Assembly: GCA_951406725.2 (NCBI GenBank)
Contig: OX597820.1
Coordinates: forward strand, 35,278,001-35,342,000
From: Octopus vulgaris
Lineage: Eukaryota
Direction of reading: 5' to 3'
DNA length: 64,000 nt
Made by a program: the position numbers and the translations under genes. Below, in pieces: positions 13,922 to 25,876 of this stretch. The notes beneath the pieces were generated by a model. That model did not search any database and was not told the origin of the DNA. It saw nothing but the letters and a program-made list of their open reading frames with translations. How positions within the stretch are numbered: the stretch's first letter is position 1; each line of letters starts with the position of its first letter.

Positions 13922-14272
13922 TATATATGCATACACACACACACACACAGACTCATAAATACATATGTATACAATTTTTTTATCCCCTTCTCACACAATA
14001 GGATAGCACTATTTTTTATATCAGAAGTTATTTTGATGTCTACAAGGTGGAACTTTGGAACTTTGCCATTATCAAAGATAATTTAGCCAGTATAGAAACA
14101 TATTTCAGTTTTTACATGTATATACACACAAACAAACAAACACGTATAAAATTTAATACACATATACACATTATTGTATATACACTTATGTACATTATAC
14201 ATACACAAACATTTATATAATATATATATATATATATACAAATACACACTCATATACACACACACATATACG

Positions 14273-14306
<34 letters not shown>

Positions 14307-15238
14307 TGCAGGCGTACGTATCTATATGACTGTATATGGCTGCGTGTGTGTGCTTGTGTGCGAGTGCGCGCGCGAGTATGTTAGAGAAGGATGATTCATT
14401 ACATTGTCATTGAGAGGATCTTCGAGTCACCTAACTGAACGAACAAAGGGTAAAACTCGGAGAAGCTACACAGTGAGTCACTAAACACAGACAAACACCC
14501 CCATACACACACGCACACACGCACACACACACACACACATACACACACAAACACACAAATACACACATGTACACACACATGCATAATAACTATTTCAAAT
14601 TTTGGCCACAAGGACTGCTTGGAGCAGGGTTGTGGGATGAGTCGATTACATCGACCCCAGTACGCAATTGCTACTTAATTTATCGATCTCGAATGGATGA
14701 AAGGTAAAGTCGACTTCGGTGGAATTTGAACTCAGAACGTAGCGACGGGCGAAATAACCACTAAAAATTTCCTTACGCACATGCATAATAATGCCAAAAC
14801 AATGCAAGTAAAAAATTTTAAATACATTTTGGTGGTTACTACTACTCACCTGGTATCTCAATATTTCAGGGTTAACAAGGCGGTGAGCTGGCAGAAACGT
14901 TAGCACGTTGGGTGAAATGCTTAGCGGTATTTCATCTGCCGTTACGTTCTGAGTTCAAACTCCGCCAAGATCGACTTTGCCTTTCATCCTTTCGGGTTCG
15001 ATAAATTAAGTACCAGTTGCGTACTGGGGTTGATCTAATCGACTGGCCACCCCCCCAAAAAAAGATCATGCCTTGTGCTTAGAGTAGAAAAGAATATTTC
15101 AGGGTTAGGGCCCTTTTTTGGAAATGTCAAGCAATAAAGCAATAATACTAACCATCGACTTGTATTTATAATATATTAACTTGCATTATTTTAACTTGAA
15201 AAAATCAAAATATATTCACACACGCACACACACACATA

Positions 15239-15290
<52 letters not shown>

Positions 15291-15499
15291 CTCTCTTATA
15301 CACACACGCACCTTCGCGTAGGGGCGAAGTCACTTGACCCTGTTATCTCCCCTACTATCCCTCCAGCGTCTAACGTCTGACCTCTGACCTCTGACTTCTG
15401 CCTGAAGTCAGAACGCCATAATGGACCGTTAGCTCCTACACGCATTTTTTTTTCTCCTTGTTTCTCTCCTTGTTTCTCTCCTTGTTTCTTTTCTGTGTA

Positions 15500-15537
15500 T
15501 CTTTCTGTCGAAGAGCGTAGGCTCGAAAATTAAAAGA
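15500..15537 (+). ncRNA. Degenerate minimal hammerhead motif (gagc/gctc family)
   Basis: tcttt-CUGUCGA-a-gagc-gtag-gctc-GAAA-auua-aaaga; core mutated; same family as 25612-25646. Confidence 0.45.
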
Positions 15538-15859
15538 CTAGTTCTATTTCTATTCCTGACCGCCATACTAATACATTTGTTTGTTTGTACTCCACCTGCC
15601 TTCGTCTTTTGTTTATTTTCGTAAACCTTCCCGTTATATATGCATGTATGTAGGAATATTATTGACAGTGACTTCGAAGCTTCAGCCAGTGAGGCCATCA
15701 TCGGGCAGTGCGACAGTGGTTTGTTTGGCCAAGACTTCGAAGTCACTCTCAGCAATATTCTTGTTTAAGAAAAAACTTGTACTCTACAAAACTATAGAAC
15801 AAGCTCTCAGAGTAATGTAAAATTGTTTTTATTATAACTAAACATAAAAAACAAACATT

Positions 15860-15919
<60 letters not shown>

Positions 15920-15921
<2 letters not shown>

Positions 15922-16047
15922 GCGTAGGAGTGGCAGTGTGGTTAGTAGCTTGCTTACTAACCACATGGTTCCAGGTTCAGTCACACTGTGTAGCACCTTG
16001 TGAGTGGATTTGGTAGACGGAAACTGAAAGGAGAATGTCGTATACAA

Positions 16048-16096
<49 letters not shown>

Positions 16097-16292
16097 TGCG
16101 TGCGTGTGTCTGTATGTGTCCCCCCATCATCGCTTGACAACCGATGTTGATATGTTTACTTAGCGGTTCGACAAAAGAGACCGATAGGATAAGTACTAGG
16201 CTCACAAAGCATAAGTCCTGGGGTCGATTTGTTCGACTAAACGTAGTGCTCCAGCATGCCCGCAGTCAAATGACTGAAACAAATAAAAGAAT
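15920..16292 (+). mobile_element. SINE family A
   Basis: Head to tail, with internal (TG)n. Confidence 0.85.
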
Positions 16293-16519
16293 ATATACAT
16301 ATATATCTCATGTATGTTGATGCCAACAGGAAACAGAACTCAAAATATGAGTATATGTATATTTTCATTAATATTTAATATTTGATAAGTACCAACGCAC
16401 GAAAATCTTGGACCTTTAGTCACTCTGGTACTTCTGAAAGAGTGAAAGGTGAAAGCGGGTAAATGAATAAAAACCCTAAGGTCCTCGTGCCAATAATGAG
16501 AATAATCGAAAATTGAAAA

Positions 16520-16595
16520 GTCAGACATACCCATATCACCGTGATTTCGGACTTTGAGAAATACCCTTAGTTCCTCTTCAGCAAGTCTTACTGAC
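16520..16595 (-). ncRNA. Type I hammerhead ribozyme motif with extended helix I
   Basis: gtcag.taag.acttg-CUGAAGA-ggaact..agtcc-GAAA-ucac-g-guga-UA-tgggt.atgt.ctgac. Confidence 0.65.
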
Positions 16596-16714
16596 ACCCA
16601 AGGTTGTAGAGTTTACTCATCTCAACCAATGTGTGCAATGGCCGTTTTTAATGCTGCAACAAATTTTAAAAAGAGATCGAATTGAATAAAAATTATTCAT
16701 ATATATATATATAT

Positions 16715-17088
16715 CAGGATATTATTGTTTATAATAATATCAGTGGTTTAGCATGCGTAATAAAAGTCCATAATGGTATAAATTATCAATTAATAACTAA
16801 GGGAACTAACAGAGGAACTAAGGATATTTTTCAAAGTTCGAAATTATGGTGATTCGCGTATGTCTGACGTTTCAAATTTTCGATTATTTTCGTTATTGGT
16901 ACGGGGTTCTTAGGGTTTTTATTCAATTACCCGCTTTCACCTTTGTGTTTAAACGAAAACTTGTGGTTTGGTTACTTTGACTGCTATGTCAACATGCCTG
17001 TTAGTACCCTTAACAACTAATTGATAATTTATACTGTTATAAATCTTTTTACGCATGGTAAACCACTGATATCATTATAAACAATACC

Positions 17089-17091
<3 letters not shown>
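16715..17091 (+). mobile_element. Fold-back Penelope-like element in (TA)n
   Basis: ~90-bp inverted arms (16723-16812 / 16998-17086); 16811-16943 is an inverted homolog of 16446-16577 containing the 3' part of the hammerhead. Confidence 0.6.
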
Positions 17092-17128
<37 letters not shown>

Positions 17129-17635
17129 AAAGGATTAGTCGTGTAATCGTGTTAGGATGCAGTTTGTTAGTGTCTACTATTAACACGGCTTGTATAGAGA
17201 ACACAGAAGACTCGATAATTGATCAATAAATATATTAATCAAAGCATCAAATACAGTTCCTGTTATATCAAGATCAGACAGAAAATTCCAACGAAATGAC
17301 AAGTACTAGACAACTCAATTTTGAAATCATCAAAGGTTGCTTATAATGTGATAATCAAATCTTTAAATAAAAAGGATGGAAGAGGTCTTTGATTACAGCA
17401 ACTCTTTCAAAAAGCACTTAGAGTGTATGCTGCCGTCACGACAGATTATTTTTGACTAAACCAGCTATAGGTAACTGGCGAGAAAGTACACCCGACAGTT
17501 ACAGGGCATTCGAAATATTAGCTGATGTACACTCAAAGTTTATTTATTTATTTTTTAAATCGTAGTCACCAACGATCTCCGCCATCTCTTATTTACACAC
17601 ACGGACCCATACACATATGTATGTATGTATGTATG

Positions 17636-17669
<34 letters not shown>

Positions 17670-17705
17670 TGTATGCTTGTGTGTGAGTGCGTGTGTATGT
17701 GTATG

Positions 17706-17758
<53 letters not shown>

Positions 17759-17789
17759 ATCCATTCATCCATTCGATGTATCTTATTCG

Positions 17790-18485
17790 ATCCTGAGAGG
17801 TCGTTAGAGTAGAGTCCTGTAGCCCCTTACTTAAGGTCCTATCAGAAATCGTCTGACTATGCTGCTGTATTCCCAAGTACATTCAACTGAGACTATACAT
17901 ATTATCCAGCCATCTTGATTTGGGTCTGCCTCTAGGTCTCCTATTGGTTGGCTCGACTTGAAGAATCTGTCTTGCGACTCTTTCCTGCGACTTTCTAATC
18001 CCATGTCCGTAGTACCAAGTTGTGGCCCTTCAATGCAGAGAAGAAGGGGCTCGACCTCCAATGACTCCTTTGATCCCTGAGCTACGCTTTCCGACATATA
18101 ACGATACTCCAGAGATTCTTTGGAGTAACTCCATTTCGGCACTTGCATTCGCGATCGTACTCTTTTGGTTATTACCCAACATCCATAACCATAAGTGATG
18201 AAAAGCACGTAAACCGAAACGAAGATTGTCAGTTTGGCTTTTTTACTAACCTTTCATCTTCTGAGTATCGAACGTGTCTGATAGTGCATCATTGTGCCAG
18301 CACCTCCAATTCTTGCATCCGGTTTAGCCTCCTCTCATCCTTCACACGTGTCCCAAGATGGTCCCAAGATGCTTTAACTTCCTTCCCTCTCTCAGTGATG
18401 TTCTATAATATGTAGAGTGCACTATGAAGACTTTCTTGAGAGGAACGGCAACTCGGGCTTCGTAACACTAATTCTCATCCCTACC
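17790..18485 (-). mobile_element. Decayed RTE-clade LINE 3' portion
   Basis: FITYGYGCWVITKRVRSRMQ...ESLEVEPLLLCIEGPQL, and an RPRGRP-like motif in another frame; frameshifted. Confidence 0.75.
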
Positions 18486-19099
18486 ATACACCGACCAAGG
18501 ATATTTTTCTCTATAGGGAGAAGCTTAACCGAGTTCTTAATGGCAGGTGTGGAAGCAGGCCTCTTATGAAGAAGTCGACGGATGGTCAGCTAGAATACTT
18601 TATTGGCAAATCTATAGTTAGGGTCTGCTTAATCCCAAAGTCCTCCAAATGTCTTAGACGTCGATGTTTTTACTGTCTCTACGGCAACTTTTCTCACCTC
18701 AGTGAACCGCCATTGTAAAGATTTATAAGCCTCTTTCTTTGCTCAGATGATATTTTTAACTACCTGGTTGAACCAAAGGATTCATATGCCACATGGCTCC
18801 ACACAGAGCCGCTTTCTTCCACAGCCTTGTACGAAAGAAGAAGAAACTGCAAAACCAAAACGATCCTTGTTTCTTTTCGACATTCTTAGTTGGCCCACAA
18901 AGATCTCTGAAACTGGATGCAATAGTGCCCACATATTTTTCCGGATCCCCGCATCCACCAGTGCACCCTACTTTATCCTATAAGTCGCACTGGACTTACC
19001 AGTTTTGTGAGTTCTCCCTCTGTTGATAGGTTCATGTTGCAGACAACTAATTGGAAATATACATGAACGTCCAGCACAGAATCAAAAAGGTTAGAGGTA

Positions 19100-19130
<31 letters not shown>

Positions 19131-19454
19131 TGTATGTATGTATGTATGTATGTATGTATAAACTTAGATATGTTTCGACCAAAGATTGGTACCGATCATG
19201 TCTAACTTAATAGCACCACCTGACAAGATTATCTAAATCCTTTTTTTAATTCGTTTTGGGATATCATGGTTCATTCGAACAGGGAGTACTTGACGAGTGA
19301 GTTGTATCAAGGTATAGGTGGCTTATCCGGTATTCTTTGAAGAAATTTGTCCAGATTCCGTTTAAAGGTAATTGGATCATTTTCTTCTTTGATCTGTTAC
19401 GAGAGAATGTTAAATATGTTATATATATGTACATGTATGTATATATATAATAAA

Positions 19455-19512
<58 letters not shown>

Positions 19513-19517
19513 TATCA

Positions 19518-19565
<48 letters not shown>

Positions 19566-19568
<3 letters not shown>

Positions 19569-19583
19569 TCTAAGTTTAAGAGA

Positions 19584-19647
<64 letters not shown>

Positions 19648-19848
19648 CATATATATATATATATATATATAAACCAATTGTGTGACATTATTTACATTTG
19701 ACGGATATTTGTCCTCATGTTGTTTGTTGTTAACAGGTTCGAAATTTCCCCCAAGACACCTGATGAAGGCTGGAGGGTATATCAGCCGAGACGTTGTGTT
19801 AACAACAAACAAGATGACAACAAATATCCGTCAAATGTAAATATTGTG
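19566..19848 (+). mobile_element. Fold-back hammerhead element (gacac/ggctg family)
   Basis: Inverted arms 19685-19735 / 19798-19847. Motif gacac-CUGAUGA-a-ggctg..cagcc-GAGA-cgUU-gtgtt at 19755-19800. The terminal extension at 19566-19587 matches the reverse complement of 47913-47936. Confidence 0.7.
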
Positions 19849-19866
19849 TATATATATATAAATATA

Positions 19867-20247
19867 CTAGCAGTATCACCCGGCGTTGCTCGGGTTTGTT
19901 TCGACCCTTTAGAATTGGAATTTTTGAAAAGTAAAAACTCTGCATTATGTAGCGTATTGTTCTCTTCAAGTGAACATTTTTCTTTTTGAAATACGCCGAA
20001 AAATGGCGACACAGCAGTAAAAAAATCGTGAAAATATAGGGATTTTCATAGAAAAAAAGGCCCCTTTTTGATGTAAATAATTTTTGGTCTTAACATGGTC
20101 CGATTTGAATTTTTCTTCTACGGAAGGAAGAGCAAGCCTTCTATCATAAACTCAATTTTGGTCAACTTGCGCCGCAGGGTCTCGGAGGAGATAGTGTTAG
20201 TTGAAGGCTACCAAACCTGTCATACACAGACAACTTCAGTTTTATAC

Positions 20248-20250
<3 letters not shown>
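19867..20250 (-). mobile_element. Non-autonomous Helitron
   Basis: Minus-strand 3' end aacccgagcaacgccgggtgatactgCTAG|t (hairpin plus CTAG), shared with 24025-24402. Confidence 0.65.
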
Positions 20251-20333
<83 letters not shown>

Positions 20334-20829
20334 TGTATGTATATATGCGAGTATGTGTGCATGTATATCATATACATATATATATATCTATATATGTAAT
20401 GTAATATATATATATATACATCATGTATTTATATATGTGTGTGTGTGTGGCGGGGTGTATAAGTAAAAGGTGTGTTATGAGCATTTATAGTATATAATCC
20501 TATATAAACTCAATTAACAATCACAAAATAGAGAAGAGAAAATGTTAAAAGTTTTTATAAAGTTTTAATCCATACGGTCGTTTCGAATGATAATACCAAT
20601 ATGTAAGAAACATGTAAAATTAAATTAATTCTGATAATAATTAAAATGATAATTGAATTAATTCAATTTAATTTTATTACGTATTACCATACTCCTCCAG
20701 CTACTACTTGAACTAAACCTTTTTCACACATATATGTACGTATATGTATATATTTCTCCTCTTCTCTCTCTCTCTCTCTCTGTACCTATATATATATATA
20801 TATATATAAGTATATATGTGTGTATGTAT

Positions 20830-20860
<31 letters not shown>

Positions 20861-20874
20861 GACGTATGTATATA

Positions 20875-20938
<64 letters not shown>

Positions 20939-20940
20939 TA

Positions 20941-21692
20941 CCGGAGTAAACACATAAATGTGAAACAAGGTGGAAAAAAGAGTACTCAAATACCAGTGGT
21001 AGAGTAATATGCTTTATTATAAGCAGCAGTATCTGTTACTCTGAGTTTCTCGTTTGTTCATCAGACAGTTTTTGCTAGAATGGAACATATATATTAATTC
21101 AATCTATACTCTTACAAACGCTACACCTATAAAGAAATGGACTTGTTTGATTATAGAAATATCAATCTTCGAGCGATAAAGGTCAAAAAAGGTCAAAATA
21201 TATGTATATATATATAAAAACTTATAAAATTATAAAATCCGAGGAAAATACCGAGAAAACCTGTTGCCGTTAATGAAGACAGTACAAATTAATGCATAGA
21301 AATTAAACCTGTTATAAATACTGCAATACATATTTGTGGATTTTAATATAAATATGTATTGCAGTATTTATAACAGGTTTAATTTCTATGCATTAATTTG
21401 TACTGTCTTCATTAACGGCAACAGGTTTTTTCCTCGGTATTTTCCTCGGATTTTATAATTTTTATAAGTTTTTATATATATATACATATATTTTTGACCT
21501 TTTGTTTATCGCTCGAAGATTGACCGTTTTTTCTAAAGGGCCAATCAAACAAGTCCATTTCTTTTTAAAGGTGTAGCGTTTGTAAGAGTATAGATTGAAT
21601 TAATATATATGTTCCATTCTAGCAAAAACTGTCTGATGAACGGCAACGAGAAACTCAGAGTAACAGATTTTGTTGAATTTTCTGCTGCTTAA
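20941..21692. mobile_element. 750-bp fold-back element with a hammerhead in each arm
   Basis: Arms 21021-21335 / 21350-21690; hammerheads at 21033-21068 (-) and 21629-21666 (+); unpaired extension 20941-21020 abuts (TA)n. Confidence 0.85.
21629..21666 (+). ncRNA. Minimal type I hammerhead ribozyme motif
   Basis: ctgt-CUGAUGA-a-cg-gcaa-cg-a-GAAA-cuc-a-gag-UA-acag: intact core, GNRA-capped helix II, 1-nt helix III loop, GUA site. Confidence 0.75.
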
Positions 21693-22636
21693 AATATATA
21701 TATACATATATATACATGCATGTTTTTGTATGTGTGTGCAAGTGTGCATGTGAAGATGCGTGGATTAGTGGTTAGTGTATTCGGACCACGATCCGAAGAT
21801 CATGAGTTCGATTCCCAGCGACGCGTTGTGTCCTTGAGAAAAACACTTTATTTTACGTTTCTCCAGCTGGCAAAAATGAGAAAAATGAGTAGTACCTGCA
21901 TTTCAAAAGGCCAACCTTGTCACATTCTGTGTCACGCTCAATCTTCACGAGAACTACGTTAAGGATACACGCGTCTATGGAGTGCTCAGCCACACGCACG
22001 TTAATCTCACCTCCTCAAGCAGGTGACAACACCGTGTAAAAATGTACAGTTCAGCAGCAAGGTTTGCTTCCTCAACAGATGTTAAATAGTCAGTATGTTT
22101 CGTAAACATTAACGTATACGCAAATACATACACACACACACATACACGCACATACACACTTAATTGCTCATGTACCAATCATCCTTTCTCGACGTCACGA
22201 ACGTACCAGACGTTCATGCATCAAAGACAAACCTGCCAATCTATATAGGTGAATTACTTGAAAAAATGTTATTTACAGTTTTCGGTGCAAGACAATTGTA
22301 CATTGCCAATCCTAATGTCTAGCTCATAAGCACTGATCCTGTATCGGTGCACAACATGCACCCAGTGGTATCTGTTACTGTTTTGCTTTTATTCTTTTAC
22401 AGATCCGGAGGAAACAAGTCTGGTTGCATTTGGGTTTGTTGGTTCTATATAATATTAATACAGTGTGTTCATATTGCCTAATGTAGCATAAAGCAGGGAA
22501 TATAGTGTGTAAAAGTGTGCGTGCGTGGGTCTATATGTATGGAATAGAGTGTTTGGGCATTTATGTATTTGTTATGGTATTCAAACATATACACCGACTT
22601 ACACACACAGACACACACACATGAATGTATAATATA

Positions 22637-22704
<68 letters not shown>

Positions 22705-22912
22705 TTTATATAAATATATATACATACACGATGCATGATATATATACGTAAATATGTTTGAGTGTGTATGTATGTACGTAGGTATGTATCTGTATATATA
22801 TATGTGTGTGTGTGTGTGTGTTTATATATATATACATATATTGGTATATATGTGTATGCATGCATGCGTGTAGATTAAAAATTTTCACCAGCAGACTAAG
22901 ATCCGGTACCGA

Positions 22913-22963
<51 letters not shown>

Positions 22964-23299
22964 CACGCACACACACACATGTATCTATACGTATGACTTT
23001 AAGTGTGTATGTTTCTTGGTATGCATATATGTATGTGTAAGTGCATGTATGTTCGTAAGTATGAATATATGTCTATATGTATATATATATATATTTATGT
23101 ATACACGTATGTATGAGATATGTGCATTTGTATTTATGCATTTATATACGTATGTACGTTTGTATGTATATATGCATTCCTTCAATTTTATAATTTATTT
23201 ATTGTTCATACGTGCATATACGAAGTATGTTACAGAAGTTATAACTGTCTCAGATTATTGTAATTTTAGAATATCGTTGCTATGCATCTAATAAGCTGA

Positions 23300-23615
23300 C
23301 TCCTCAACTTTTGCTATTTCAGATTGAGGGACACGACAGTAATTTCTCTTTGAACACGCTGTGCTAAAAACTGCTTCTCAGAATTCCATCGTGGCAACCA
23401 ACTATTCATTAAAACTGTCCCTCAAATTCCTTGCAGCCCAAGCCTTCCTTCTTGTGACTTTTGGTTATTCCCCAAACTGAAGGAAACCTCAGGGTCAGTC
23501 GTTTTGAATATGAAGAAGGCAGTGTCAGGGGTCATGGATACCTTAACTTTGGAGAATATCCATGAGACCTTTACAAAGTGGTTGCATCCCTACAGCAAGT
23601 GGCTTTAAGTTAGCA
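23300..23615 (+). mobile_element. Mariner transposase C-terminal remnant
   Basis: IKTVPQIPCSPSLPSCDFWLFPKLKE resembles the PYSPDLAPCDFWLFPKLK motif. Confidence 0.7.
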
Positions 23616-23621
23616 CGTACA

Positions 23622-24008
23622 TTGCTAGAAATAAGTGATAAAAGCCTTTATAGTCACAGGAAGCACATATCTACGCATCGACAGGGGAAATAACCGCCCC
23701 GCAGCAAGCGAGATCGCCATACAAGTCTAGTTTCGTTTCGAATGGAAGCTCCTCAGTGGTGACTACTCCGTCAAGGAGCTGTCACCACAGAGGAGCTTTA
23801 ATTCGAAGCCAAACTAGACTAAATTCGGAGCGAAACTAGATTATTATGGTGATTTCGCTCGCTGTAGGGTGGTTATCTCCCCTGTCAGTGCATAGTGCAT
23901 AGAAAAGTGCTTCCTGTGGTTATAAAGGCTTTTAGCTCTTGTTTCTAGCAAAACTGACAATTGAAATTTTCCGTTTTGGTTAAATATTGCATATAGCCGC
24001 CTTGGTTT
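23622..24008. mobile_element. Fold-back element with hammerhead motifs
   Basis: Arms ~23622-23769 / ~23774-23951. Minus-strand tcacca-CUGAGGA-gcttc-cattc-gaaac-GAAA-cuag-a-cuug-UA-tggcga at 23714-23762. The extension ends at (TA)n. Confidence 0.7.
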
Positions 24009-24024
24009 TATATATATATATATA

Positions 24025-24402
24025 CTAGCAGTATCGCCCGGCGTTGCTCAGGTTTGTAAGGGAAATAACTATAAAGCATTTTTAGAGAGTTATAGCCAAA
24101 AAATAGCAAAAAAAATGGAAAAAAATTATGGTAAATTTTTTTAGAGTTAAAAAAGGTGGAGTTGTGTCCCCTAGACGGTCTGTGGTTTGGGTTTCTGATT
24201 CTCGACCCCATGTCGAATTTATCGATTTTTTTCAGAACTGGGAGAACTTTTCAAAATTTTCGCTGCGTTAGTTTTGAATTATGACATTGGGCTATGTGTG
24301 TGTCAAATTTCATCAGAATCGGTTGAAAGCCGTGGTCAGAGTGAGGGTACGAGAAAACAAACACACAGAAAACGCACAGACAAACTGCCGTTTATATATA
24401 GA
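24025..24402 (-). mobile_element. Non-autonomous Helitron
   Basis: 5' a|TCtatatataaa, 3' hairpin plus CTAG|t on the minus strand; inserted in (TA)n. Confidence 0.75.
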
Positions 24403-24698
24403 TATATATATATATAGGAGACCCACTTCGGCCATGAATGACCATGGGATTGTACCCAGAAAATTACCCTCCGAGGCACAAGTCCGGGCAAGGTTGTTTG
24501 TGGAAGGCCAACAGTCGCCCATGCACACCACTGATGTTGTCCGAGGGAAATGCAAAGACCGATACAACTTGGCACCAGTGATGTTGCAATTCATTTCTAC
24601 AGCTGAGTGAACTGGAGCAACGTGAAATAAAGTGTCTTGCTCAAGAACACAACACGCAACCCGGTCCGGGAATCGAACTCACATGATCGTATATACAT

Positions 24699-25105
24699 CA
24701 GTGACGTGCCGTCTAGGTAGGCAAGGTAGGCAGTGCCTACCTTGGATAAAATAAATCTATAGCAACATTTTCCTTTCATGGTAAAATATGCACCTAATTC
24801 AATAAAATCATGGAGGTTACTCTGATTACAAAGTATAAAATGCAAAATATTTTATTTTCTTAGAGATTAGATAGGCATAATACGTCCCTGCTCTTCAATC
24901 TCATTATTTAAGCTACGCATAATGTTGCTATAGTACACGTGTCGTGTACATTCCTACAACAACATTTTCTTTACGTGCTATAAAGGCAGAAGTAGATCTG
25001 CCTACAAGTCAGCTGCGCGCCTTTGTTTCGATTATTTTGTGTGTGTTTTACAACATAAAGGTCTCCAACTGCCTATCCAGAGTACTTACTTACGGCACGT
25101 GCCTG
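24699..25105. mobile_element. TIR MITE (hAT-like ends)
   Basis: TIRs cagtgacgtgccgt / acggcacgtgcctg (12/14); no clean TSD. Confidence 0.5.
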
Positions 25106-25128
25106 ATAAATCTATATACATATAGCGT

Positions 25129-25495
25129 GGTGGCGCAATGGCCCAGTGGTTAGGTCAGCGGACTCGCGGTCGTAGGATCGCGGTTTCGATTCCCAGACCG
25201 GGCGTTGTGAGTGTTTATTGAGCGAAAACACCTAAAGCTTCACAAGGCTCCTGCAGGGGGTGGTGGTGAACTCTGCTGTACTTTTTCACCATAACTTCTT
25301 CCTGTTTCTGTTGTACCTGTATTTCAAAGGGCCACCCTTGTCACACTCTGTGTCACGCTGAATCTCCTCGAGAACTACGTTAAGGGTACACGTGTCTGTG
25401 GAGTGCTCAGCCACTTGCACGTTAATTCCACGAGCAAGCTGTTCCGTTGATCGTATCAGCTGGGACCCTCATCGTCGTAACCGACGGAGTGCTCC
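25129..25495 (+). mobile_element. tRNA-derived SINE (family C head; tail shared with 21753-22020)
   Basis: A/B boxes tggcccagtgg / ggtttcgattcc. Confidence 0.8.
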
Positions 25496-25611
25496 TATAT
25501 ATATATATATACATATAGCAAATCCCCACCCACCACAAAAAAAGCGCAGAGTACACACAAAGAAACAACAGCGTTAATATTGGCAGACGCTCAGGGAGGG
25601 AAAGAAAGGTA

Positions 25612-25646
25612 GTTTTACGTTTCGAGAAAAGCTCTTCCTCAGAAAC
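25612..25646 (-). ncRNA. Minimal hammerhead motif essentially lacking helix III
   Basis: gttt-CUGAGGA-a-gagc-ttt-tctc-GAAA-cg-UA-aaac. Confidence 0.65.
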
Positions 25647-25830
25647 AGGAGACAGAGGAAAGTCCAATAGAAAGGAAAGACTGAGGAAAAAACAAATTCA
25701 CACACACACACACATGGTTGCAGAACAAACAAATATAAGGTCATCCACGTAACATTTCATATCTCGAACATTTAATCACATAATGCTTTTTCTTTCAACA
25801 TAGAATATACATGCATAAAATCACCGAAGA

Positions 25831-25874
<44 letters not shown>

Positions 25875-25876
<2 letters not shown>

